From Candidatus Brocadiia bacterium (lineage in GTDB: Bacteria > Planctomycetota > Brocadiia > SM23-32): a stretch of 46,001 nucleotides of DNA. Location of the stretch: contig JBKHIT010000038.1 of NCBI GenBank assembly GCA_046538485.1, positions 1 through 46,001 of the forward strand. The letters run 5' to 3'. Position numbers and translations under genes: made by a program. Below the pieces are notes generated by a model. It had not been told where the DNA came from and searched no databases. It was given only the letters and a program-made list of their open reading frames with translations. Each line of letters begins with the position of its first letter. Position 1 is the stretch's first letter. Positions 30,646 to 39,314 of the stretch are shown in pieces.

Positions 30646-31269
30646 GTGGTTTTTATCAACTTTGAGATTGGTTTGAGAAAATTTTTGCAGGATCTGAAGC
30701 AAAGGCGATATCGATACCGCCAATTTCTTGGGGGCATTTTCCTATTGTGCATTGTGTTTTTCGCGCGACCCGTCCTGTGGCTTCTCATAAGCGGGACCAT
30801 TTTGTGCGTGCTGGGAAATACCGTGCGTCTGTGGGCCGCGGGGCACGTGCGCAAAAGTAAAGAGCTGGAACGCCATGGCCCGTATGCCTTTGTCCGTCAT
30901 CCCCAGTATCTCGGCAATTCCCTCATAGCCATAGGTCTCTCTTTGGCAGCTGGTTTACCGCTCGCCGTCCTGATATGGGTGGTTCTGTTTCTGGGTTTTT
31001 ATGTGCCTGCAATACGCAGAGAAGATGCGAAATTACACCGGCGTTTCGAAGAAGACTGGGAGAAGTGGGCCGCCCGAACTCCCGCAGTGGTCCCCCTCCA
31101 CGGTGCGCCAGACAATCCGGGCGTGCATGCGGCAGAATGGAGCCTCCTACAGGCTCTGAAAAATGGAGAACCTGCATGGTTAATCACCATCGGCGGATCG
31201 CTCTGGCTGCTCTGGTCCATATGGACCGGTGAAGTCGATACGACTCTGGCTTTCCTTGTAAACATATAA
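30646..31269 (+). CDS. ICMT/PEMT family membrane methyltransferase
   Basis: RLWAAGH..K..EL...GPYAFVRHPQYLG, REDAKL..RF...W..W...TP. Confidence 0.9.
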   Translation: MVFINFEIGLRKFLQDLKQRRYRYRQFLGGIFLLCIVFFARPVLWLLISGTILCVLGNTVRLWAAGHVRKSKELERHGPYAFVRHPQYLGNSLIAIGLSLAAGLPLAVLIWVVLFLGFYVPAIRREDAKLHRRFEEDWEKWAARTPAVVPLHGAPDNPGVHAAEWSLLQALKNGEPAWLITIGGSLWLLWSIWTGEVDTTLAFLVNI

Positions 31270-31423
31270 AATCTCTCTCGCCGTTAGTTCCGACCGTAAC
31301 ACGGAGGTTTCTCGCGGATTTCAGGTGGTCCGTCAATCCCCATCCATCCTATCCCGCCTGTCCTGTGTTCAATATCGTGGCAGTCCTGCACCTGTAAATC
31401 TCACACAGCCGGGGAAACAAACG

Positions 31424-32329
31424 ATGATTATCAAGCGAAATGCTGAAGATACCCTGATACCGCTGGAGATGTTTCACGGCGACACACTGCAATTTGGTCT
31501 CCTCGGCGGGACGACTGTCCAAATTGAACTGGTTGATACGGGCGCGGAAATCATGGAAACCACGCTCGAAACACCTGGTGTCGAAGAGGCGGGCGGGATG
31601 ACAACGTACCGGTTCTGGGCCGACCTGAAAATCAATGGTTCCAGGACCCGTCTCGAGCGTGAAGTCGGAACTCAAAATAGCTTCTACGAACCGTGGGTCC
31701 TTGACGGAGTTCGCGTCTGGTTGGACGCCGTAGACGCCATCTTCCAGTTTATGCGCGAAACGCACGCTCCCTGCCGATTGCGCGAAGCCTGCTCGCATCG
31801 CCATCCACCCCGATATCAGGCTCGATTTGCGCTGCAGGACGCCTCGGCCCGGATCTGCCCGAAAACGGTTCATCCCTGGTGTCCGCTTCCAGAGGATGGG
31901 CTGAAAATCGAGGACTGCTATCGGGGCGAAGACTGTTGGATGGGCGCCTACGATGGGGCATCCGCGCATGGCGGGCTGGATATCAACCAGCCCAGTGGGA
32001 CGCCCCTCTATGCGCCGATTGGGCTCGACGACCACTTCCTCTACAACAGCCTGGAACTGGGAAACAACAACAATCGATGGCGGGGAATTCGCTGCTGGCC
32101 GAACGGTTCACAATGGATTTTGCAGTCCTGCCACATGACCCGGCTGACCGTTCCTGAACATGAACCGCTCGAAGGGGGACAGCAGTACGCCGAAGGCGCG
32201 GGAACAGCCGTTGGAACCGTCGAACACAGCCATTTCACATTTGCGATCTTCGACCGCGGCGAACTGATACGTCTCGACCCCTGGATCCTCTTCTGGCAAA
32301 TGTACCGAGATCAGAACAAAGCGGAGTGA
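31424..32329 (+). CDS. Protein with a C-terminal peptidase M23-like domain
   Basis: HGGLDINQPSGTPLYAP (HxxxD), CHM, HSH (HxH), LDPW; no signal peptide. Confidence 0.7.
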   Translation: MIIKRNAEDTLIPLEMFHGDTLQFGLLGGTTVQIELVDTGAEIMETTLETPGVEEAGGMTTYRFWADLKINGSRTRLEREVGTQNSFYEPWVLDGVRVWLDAVDAIFQFMRETHAPCRLREACSHRHPPRYQARFALQDASARICPKTVHPWCPLPEDGLKIEDCYRGEDCWMGAYDGASAHGGLDINQPSGTPLYAPIGLDDHFLYNSLELGNNNNRWRGIRCWPNGSQWILQSCHMTRLTVPEHEPLEGGQQYAEGAGTAVGTVEHSHFTFAIFDRGELIRLDPWILFWQMYRDQNKAE

Positions 32330-32408
32330 GAGCGTCTATGCTTTTGAGCCACGTTCTAAACTGCAGCCGCAGGCCGGTCGTATTTGGCCCGGAGAGACCG
32401 CTCCATGG

Positions 32409-32513
32409 GTCATTGCGAAGCCGTCGTAAGATGAGCGAAGTAATCTCGTCGTTTTCCTGGCCCAACAGCGAGATTGCCGCGGCGTGCCGCTGCGCGGAAC
32501 GCTTTGCAATGAC
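32409..32513. repeat. GTCATTGCGA..GCAATGAC palindromic element
   Basis: Terminal inverted repeat GTCATTGC/GCAATGAC; internal TAATCTCG/CGAGATTG and further hairpins. Confidence 0.8.
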
Positions 32514-32538
32514 ACGACTGCCTGGAAAGCGTTTCTGA

Positions 32539-32781
32539 GGGCCAACGGCCCGGCAGATAGCAGCCCAGGGGACAGAGGGCTGAAAGTCCTCGGAGCCCTG
32601 GGTCAATGGTGCGGAGGAAAATATAGTGGGCTGAAGGCCCGCCATAAATCCGCTCCCAAAATACCGTATCAGGAGCGGACGGGTTAAGAACGTGGCCGGA
32701 AGGCTGCGGCTTTCGCGGCAGAAACGGCCAGCGACAAACGGCAGGTCCGCCTCGTCCGCCGTACGGCAGAGAACTACAGCT
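32539..32781 (+). repeat. REP cluster plus a degenerate composite element copy
   Basis: GGGCCAACGGCCC, CCCAGGG..CCCTGGG, GGGCTGAAGGCCC; 32626-32695 aligns with 333-404 and 32710-32781 with 530-628. Confidence 0.85.
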
Positions 32782-32826
32782 CACGCAAGGTGACAGGGGG
32801 CTTCCTTGTTTCCTGGGGCGTTTTCC

Positions 32827-33582
32827 TCAGGCTTCCTCGATGAAACCTTTCAGCCGCGATCCCGTCTCCCGGAGAAGATCTTCCGGCAGGTTTTCGCCCC
32901 AGATTATCTCAAGCGAAACGAATCCGGTGTAGTCCGCAGCCTTCATCCGCTTTGCCAGATCCAGAACCGCCGTATTTTCGGGCTCGAGAACATCGTCATG
33001 GACGTGGAAATGCCGGATCCGGCTTTTGAGCGCCTCGAACGTCCGGTCGTCCATTTCCGCATGATTCCACAGAACCCCGAAATTATCGGTGGTAACCCTT
33101 TTGATTACTTTGCTGGCTTCCTCAGGGCCTTTGATTATGTCATGGCCGCATTCGAGAATTGGACAGCTCCCGGAAGACTTTGAGTATTCGCCGACCTCAT
33201 CGAAAGCCGCTGCCACCCGGTCGGCCGCTTCGTCGGTAAGCTCCGGTATTCCTCCCCCGGCGAATATCCTCACGACGGGAGCGCCGAGGTCGTCCGCCAG
33301 GTCGAGGTTCGCCCTGGCAATCTCCAGATTGTCCTGATGTTTCTCGGTTTCGGGGCAAGCAAAGTGAACGGAAGTCGCCACGGAAGCAATCTCCACACCG
33401 GCATCGGCGAATAGCTTTTTCACCCGCTGCCTTTCTTCCGGGGTCGATTCAGATGAAATCCCATGCGCATGGCCGGCATCAACTCTGATCTCGATTCCAT
33501 CGTAATCCGTCTCTGCGGCGAACTCGATGGCTCTTTCGATCTGCCACTCGGGGCAAACAAACGTCATGAAACTCAGTTTCAT
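32827..33582 (-). CDS. Sugar phosphate isomerase/epimerase (xylose isomerase-like TIM barrel)
   Basis: YDGIEIR, LGAPVVRIF, ILECGHD, HFHVHD, GFVSLE; GGAGG RBS. Confidence 0.88.
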   Translation of the reverse strand: MKLSFMTFVCPEWQIERAIEFAAETDYDGIEIRVDAGHAHGISSESTPEERQRVKKLFADAGVEIASVATSVHFACPETEKHQDNLEIARANLDLADDLGAPVVRIFAGGGIPELTDEAADRVAAAFDEVGEYSKSSGSCPILECGHDIIKGPEEASKVIKRVTTDNFGVLWNHAEMDDRTFEALKSRIRHFHVHDDVLEPENTAVLDLAKRMKAADYTGFVSLEIIWGENLPEDLLRETGSRLKGFIEEA

Positions 33583-33597
33583 CGTTCAATCCTCCAG

Positions 33598-34659
33598 TCA
33601 CGAGATTGTTACGCATTGGCCGGACTCGGCCGATCCATAAATTGCATCCGTGATCTTTTGCATCAAAAGCGCCCGTCTGATATCCGTTTTCGGTTCACAC
33701 TTTTCGCAAATCGCACGGACAAAATCATCGACTACATTGCCACTTCCCCCGCCGTCGCCTTCCTCCCAGAGTGTCTCCGATTCCACGCCTTTGCCGGGGA
33801 CAAAACGGTCAAGAATCACAGCGTTCGGTTTGCCTTCCTGAGGTCGCATCGGCAGGTGAAGTGTGCCTTCCGTGCCGATGATTTCCCAGGTCTGGTCGCT
33901 TGTCGCGCTTGAAAATTCCGCCCGTTCCATGGTCAGTATGATGTCCTCTTCGCATTGGATAAGGGCACAGTAATGTGCGTCGGCGTCGGAACCGGGTGCG
34001 ACGTATTCTGACATTTTTTCGGCCACGGGCCACCAACGCGCGAGCACGGTTCTGGGCTGAATCTGCCAGTCCGTTATGCTCATCAGGTAATCCAGATCAT
34101 AGCAGCTCCAGTTAACGAGTATTCCACCGCCATTCAGTTTCATGCTTTCCCGCCATGGAGGTGGTTCGTCGCGCGGTTCGGCCGGTGCCGGAAGGACCGC
34201 TCTGATTCTGACGACGCGGATTTTGCCCAGGGCTCCCGAAGCGACACATCTCGCCGCCGTTTCCGCATGTCCGGTGAAGGCCATTCGGGGCGAACAGCAC
34301 GCAATCACCCGGTCGTCCTGCAAGGTCATCATCTGCTCGACCTCTTCCACACTCGCCGCGACGGGTTTTTCCAGAAGCACGTGTTTGCCGCGTTCGAGGG
34401 CGCGGTAAGCCACGGGAGTACGCTCCGCCACGGGCATCGCGAGCACCACAGCCTCGACCCGATCGTCTTTCAGCAATTCGCGGCCGCTGTTGTATCGTGT
34501 CTCTATCCCAAATTCTTCGGCGCGTGAGTCCGCCCTTTCCGCGATCAGATCCGCCACGGCCACGACTTCGGCCGCGGGCGATTCTTCGGCGAGTTTCAGG
34601 TGACTACCGCTTATTACGCCGCATCCAATAACACCCAGCCTCACAGGTTCCATCGCCAT
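33598..34659 (-). CDS. Gfo/Idh/MocA oxidoreductase
   Basis: LGVIGCGVI, GKHVLLEKP, GGGILVNWSCYDLD. Confidence 0.92.
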   Translation of the reverse strand: MAMEPVRLGVIGCGVISGSHLKLAEESPAAEVVAVADLIAERADSRAEEFGIETRYNSGRELLKDDRVEAVVLAMPVAERTPVAYRALERGKHVLLEKPVAASVEEVEQMMTLQDDRVIACCSPRMAFTGHAETAARCVASGALGKIRVVRIRAVLPAPAEPRDEPPPWRESMKLNGGGILVNWSCYDLDYLMSITDWQIQPRTVLARWWPVAEKMSEYVAPGSDADAHYCALIQCEEDIILTMERAEFSSATSDQTWEIIGTEGTLHLPMRPQEGKPNAVILDRFVPGKGVESETLWEEGDGGGSGNVVDDFVRAICEKCEPKTDIRRALLMQKITDAIYGSAESGQCVTIS

Positions 34660-34820
34660 TCCTTCCCATCAGTCCGAAAAATCGTTCGCATACAGACCAC
34701 AATTACGCTTGTGGTCCGTTCCACTAAGTCCTACGGGATATTGATGGCGTTCGTCAACTCCCAAAGAGTTTTTTGCGCGTGTGTTGTGAAACACGACTCG
34801 GTCCTGAGAACTGATTTTGC

Positions 34821-34932
34821 ATTCTGCTGTTTTGCGGGGAGATCTGTCGGCTGATCAGCCGCGTTCTGAACTCCAGTCCCGCAGAGCGGTTCTGAAGTCC
34901 AATCCAGGGCGCGCTCGGCGATCGCGCCCTAC
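34821..34932 (-). repeat. Dispersed element copy plus GTAG-type REP
   Basis: Core 34859-34906; 34908-34932 is the reverse complement of GTAG-GGCGCG-ATCGCCGAG-CGCGCC. Confidence 0.9.
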
Positions 34933-35035
34933 ATGTACGCAACACCTACGGTACGTGAAGGCCACGGATTCGTTGGAATGGGGAATCATCCGTCACCCGC
35001 TTTCCCTTTGCTCACACTTCTTCTCCCGTCGCAAA

Positions 35036-36013
35036 TTAATGCACCGCATAGCCCATGCCGGTCGCACCAAAACCATTTCCCGTGAACCAGCAATGCAGTC
35101 TCCCCTTATCGGTCACGATAGTTGGGTACGATCTCTGGTGATCGTCGAAAGTTCCTTCCTCCCCGACACCAAGTTCTCCATCGGGACCGTATCGCTCAGC
35201 CCAGTGCCAGTCCAAACCGTCTTTGCTGGTGAGTCTGTGCACTCGATACGCCGTTCCGAATGTATTGACCCACATGACGTAAATATCGTCCCGCTTGATA
35301 ATGCATGGTTTCGAACAGATATATTCGTAGGGTTCCACACCGAACCCGCGCGGCGCTACCAGCAGATGGTCGAAAGGTTTTTCCCAGTGAACGCCGTCTT
35401 CGGATTCCGCGTAGGCAATTCCAATCTCAGGGATCGTGTCGCCGTGCCCCGACTGAACACCTTCGGGTTTGGCAAAATATCTTCCGATTGCGGTGTAGTA
35501 CATGCGGAATTTGCCGTCCTCATGCAAAACCCAAACGCTCCCCGTGCCCTCCGAATCGTAGGGTCGATCGAGGGGAATCACGGGATTTCCTCCGTGATAA
35601 CACCAGCTTTCTCCCCTGTCCGTTGAGACAGCGACTCCTGTTGTGTTCGGCAATTTATCGTCATCACGACGTCCCCATGCTCCGAAGTAGAGGAACCAGC
35701 GGTCGTCCGCAACAGGCAACAGGAAAGGGAAACCCGGTCCGCAACAATTATAATCGCTGCCCACCTGGGGGCCGAGCAGGGGACCGGACAAAGGCTGCCA
35801 CCGGTTCGGCCTATCGACGGACGATTCCGCCTGCAGAATATAATTTCTCCCCCCGGAATCTGTCCCCCAGTAAACCATGCGGTACCTATTACCAAAATGC
35901 ACAACATGGGCGGCCCCTGCCCGTGAGGCATCATAAGGAGGATTTAAACGGCCGGGAGAAATGACAGGTTTTGACCGGGGGATATTCCAGTGACATAACT
36001 TACTGTTGTTCAT
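35036..36013 (-). CDS. Five-bladed beta-propeller glycosidase-like protein (GH43/32/130-like)
   Basis: Repeated blades: YRMVYWG, WFLYFGA..GVAVSTD.G.SW, FRMYYTA..IAYAESEDGVHW, SKDGLDW, SYPTIV. Confidence 0.8.
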   Translation of the reverse strand: MNNSKLCHWNIPRSKPVISPGRLNPPYDASRAGAAHVVHFGNRYRMVYWGTDSGGRNYILQAESSVDRPNRWQPLSGPLLGPQVGSDYNCCGPGFPFLLPVADDRWFLYFGAWGRRDDDKLPNTTGVAVSTDRGESWCYHGGNPVIPLDRPYDSEGTGSVWVLHEDGKFRMYYTAIGRYFAKPEGVQSGHGDTIPEIGIAYAESEDGVHWEKPFDHLLVAPRGFGVEPYEYICSKPCIIKRDDIYVMWVNTFGTAYRVHRLTSKDGLDWHWAERYGPDGELGVGEEGTFDDHQRSYPTIVTDKGRLHCWFTGNGFGATGMGYAVH

Positions 36014-36207
36014 CCAAATAAACACCTTTAATATCTGATTCGCTTACCGCTATTTTAACGAGAATCAACCATTCTGGACAAAAGCGGAGCGTCCACATGC
36101 ATAAAAACGTCTGCGACTGTAAAATCAGTTGTCAGTTCGTGGCATGGGTGTCACGGATCAACGGCTAATTGATCCGTTTCAATCATCAGGATGAGGAGCT
36201 TGATATT

Positions 36208-37383
36208 ATGGACGAACTCAAACTGGGCGTGATCGGCGTGGGTTCTGTGGTACGGGAAATATACGAAAGTCTGTATTATTCGAGTGAATACTCGGACTTC
36301 ACCTCCGTGGAGGCTGTCGCTGAAACGAACGAAGAACGCCTGAATGATTTCTGCGACAAGCACGATATACCCGCGTCGAAAAGGTTCACAGATTATGAAA
36401 AGATGATCGAGACCTGCGAGCTTGATGCGGTCCATGTAAACACCCCTGACTCGCTTCACGAAGCCCCCACTGTGGCGGCACTTGATGCGGGATTGGACGT
36501 GCTGCTGCCAAAACCTTTTGCCGATAGCATTGGTTCGGCCCACCGTATGCGGTTGGCCGCACTGCGGAATGACCGGATGATCGGAGTCGATTTTCATAAA
36601 CGCGGCAATCCCCAGTTGATAGAAGCACGGCAACGGTACGGTGCAGGAGAATATGGAGAATTCCAGTACGGATACTGGGAGATGATCGATCGGCTGATGG
36701 TGGTCGACCCCAACCACGAACCGCCTTTTTTTGCCACATCCGATTTTGCGGAGAAAAATTCCCCCATTTCTTTTCTCACCGTGCACATGGCGGATTCTTT
36801 CATGCAGATCGTGGGACTCCGTCCCGTCACGGTCCGCGCTAAAGCCTGGAGCCAGAAACTGCCCTCCCTGAGCCCAAAATCGGTGGACGGTTACGACATG
36901 TGCGAGACGGAAGTGGTCTTCGAGAACAACGGCGTTGTCCATTTCGTCTCCGGCTGGCATTTCCCCAACCCCGCGCCCGCAATCTCCAACCACATTGGCC
37001 GGACGATCTGCACCGATGGGGTGCTGGAAATTATGCAAACCTCGGGATTCTGGGAAATAACAGAACGTGGAGTGGAAAACCGGAACGTTCTTTTTCAAAG
37101 GACCGACTCGGATGGGAAGGTAACCGGATTCGGCATGTCGGTGCCCGGAGATCTTCTGCGCAAGTTTGCCGAGCAACGCGCCGGAGAGCTGGAGGAATCC
37201 GAAACAAAAAAACTCCTCGACCCGATGACGCTGGGGGTCTGGAGCACGGCCATCGTGGAAGCGGCCCACGAGAGCCTGCGCCGGGGCGAAACCACGGAGA
37301 ACGGCGTAACGTTCGGACCACAACTGCAAATCAGCGATCTGCTGGAGGAACAACTCGGGGAAGACGCGGTGGAATACGAATAA
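36208..37383 (+). CDS. Gfo/Idh/MocA oxidoreductase
   Basis: GAGGAG RBS; LGVIGVG, VNTPDSLH, VLLPKP, DFHKR. Confidence 0.9.
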   Translation: MDELKLGVIGVGSVVREIYESLYYSSEYSDFTSVEAVAETNEERLNDFCDKHDIPASKRFTDYEKMIETCELDAVHVNTPDSLHEAPTVAALDAGLDVLLPKPFADSIGSAHRMRLAALRNDRMIGVDFHKRGNPQLIEARQRYGAGEYGEFQYGYWEMIDRLMVVDPNHEPPFFATSDFAEKNSPISFLTVHMADSFMQIVGLRPVTVRAKAWSQKLPSLSPKSVDGYDMCETEVVFENNGVVHFVSGWHFPNPAPAISNHIGRTICTDGVLEIMQTSGFWEITERGVENRNVLFQRTDSDGKVTGFGMSVPGDLLRKFAEQRAGELEESETKKLLDPMTLGVWSTAIVEAAHESLRRGETTENGVTFGPQLQISDLLEEQLGEDAVEYE

Positions 37384-37485
37384 CGTCCGCCTGTTTGTCC
37401 TGAGGTGGACCAGCGGTCAATGATCGCGATAGTCGGGGCAAAGCAGTAATAAGAGTTTAACCTTTTTCCAGGGAGTCAACGCATT

Positions 37486-37780
37486 ATGAATCGGCATCTC
37501 CAATGGCTTCTGCTGATCGTAGCGGTTTTTCTTGCAACCACACAATCAGCGTCCGCGCGAACGCTCAAAGTTGGGCCGGGCCGACCCTTTTCGCGCATTG
37601 AAAAAGCCAGTGCCGCCGCGCGTCCGGGTGACGTAATACTGGTCTATCCCCGGAAAATAATGCGCCATACAAAAAGACCGCGGTGTTCGACCGCGGTTTC
37701 AGCCCGCCGAATAAAACCTCGCTATCCCCGAAACAAAACTCGTTCGGACGCCACAAAAAATCCCCATTTGTCAATCCGGG
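37486..37780 (+). pseudogene. Remnant of a secreted beta-helix (pectate lyase-like) protein
   Basis: GGGAG RBS, signal peptide, TLKVGPGRPFSRIEKA..ARPGDVILVYP; frameshift near 37650; runs into the end of the convergent sulfatase. Confidence 0.6.
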
Positions 37781-38826
37781 GGTGCTTCCGCTTCTGCCAG
37801 TCCCACGATTGTCTGAACCAGATCGACAAGAGAACAGGCTCCCTTGCGTCGCTGGCCTCCACTCCAACGTTCCGGATAACGCACGATCAGGGGCACCCGG
37901 GCGGCGTGTTCGTACATGCAGTTTTTCCACCAAAGGCCATGATCCCCTTTATCTTCTCCGTGATCTGAGGTATAGATCACAACCGTATCCCGGACCACAT
38001 TGCTCGATTCGATTGCGTCGAGCAACTCGCCGATCAAATCGTCATACCAATCGACAAAAGCCCAGTAGAGGTCTCGCCCCTTCTGTACTGTATCGGCTTC
38101 CGTTTCAGTCAAACCGAAGCCGTAGCGGAGATGCTTGTAATTTGTAGGGAGCTCTTCCAAAAAACCTTCCGGGATTTTCGGCATCGGCACCCGGTCCTTG
38201 TACTTTTCGTAGTACGGTTCAGGCACTATGAGGGGAAAATGCGGTGCCAGATGACCGACAAACAGGAAAAATGGCTCTTCCTGCCCCGCCTGATGGCTCA
38301 GGAATTCCAGGGACTTGCTGTGAGCCGTACGATCATGGTTGAGTATGTAGGAATCGTCCCCCGGGTAGAACTTACTGGAGCGATTCTCCCAGCTCTTGAA
38401 ATTCGGCGAGGTATCCTCCGGATTGCGTCGGGCGCCTTTGCCGCCTTTGTGATGCTGGTTGCACGGGCCATCGGGCAAAAGATCGATGAAACCGTACCGC
38501 CTCTGGGCGTCGTAATGTTGTTTGCCACACAGGAAAGGCCGGTAGCCGGCGCGGCGAAGAACCCGCGGTAAAGACGGGTATTCATCGGAGGGCAACCAGC
38601 AATTGTTGCTCCAGGCCCCACACCGGCTGATGTACTGGCCCGCAGTGAAACTCAGCCGTGATGGCACACACAACGGCGAGTTGCAGTAGGCATCATCAAA
38701 AACAACCCCCTCCTCAGCCAGTCGGTCAAAATTTGGGGTATGTACCAGATCGTCGCCGTAACAGCCCATCACGGCGGGATCGTGCTCGTCGCTCATGATC
38801 ATGACGATATTCGGTTGGTTCGACAT
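37771..38826 (-). pseudogene. Choline-sulfatase-like S1 sulfatase, C-terminally truncated
   Basis: PNIVMIMSDEH, CVPSR (CxPxR), GKQH, APHFP, TSDHG, RVPLIV, SLVDL; stops at EAPPD (351 aa) before the usual G.SL and C-terminal domain. Confidence 0.8.
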
Positions 38827-38841
38827 CGGTTACTCCAGCGG

Positions 38842-39030
38842 CAAATCAGAAGTGTATTGCCGTTTTCCTTGCGGAAGACATCGTGGTGAGGTCCCAGGTA
38901 TTCTTCGTGAGGAATCTGGTTCTCCGGGAAGTACTGCCAGACGAGTTCGCTATCCCAGTTGTATTCCTCAATGACTCCATCGGTGGCCATCATGTGGCCC
39001 CGCTCGACAAGGAGACGACCGTTCTGCATC
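38842..39030 (-). pseudogene. Internal fragment of an aryl-sulfate sulfotransferase-like beta-propeller
   Basis: NGRLLV..IEEYNWDSELVWQY..HHDVFRKENGNTLLIC; lacks both ends. Confidence 0.65.
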
Positions 39031-39314
39031 TGCGGGTGTGTTATGACGCACCTGCAGCAGGACGTCAAGTGCGTTAGTCGATAACGGTTTTGAAGCGCAG
39101 TGGATTTGAACGCCGGAAAATGAAAAATTTTGTTATCCGCTGAAACCCCAGTTTAGTGCAAGATATGCCACACTTGACTGTTTTATTCCCAACATATGGC
39201 CGTATGGTTTTCTTGCGCATCAGAGGAACTGGCCCTAAAATGACCAAACGGGAACCGACTGAAAAGTTGGGGCCGCGGGAGAACAGCATTTGATTGGAAA
39301 CTGGCGGAGGAAAT

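Noticed and set aside
380..34932. CRISPR array or attC cassette array interpretation of the dispersed repeats
   Set aside because: Copies are kilobases apart, in both orientations, without regular spacers or GTTRRRY ends; no cas or integrase gene is present
37771..37773. TGA readthrough (Trp or Sec) at the sulfatase stop
   Set aside because: The in-frame sequence after TGA (QMGIFCGVRT) is not sulfatase-like, and TGA is a normal stop in other genes of the window
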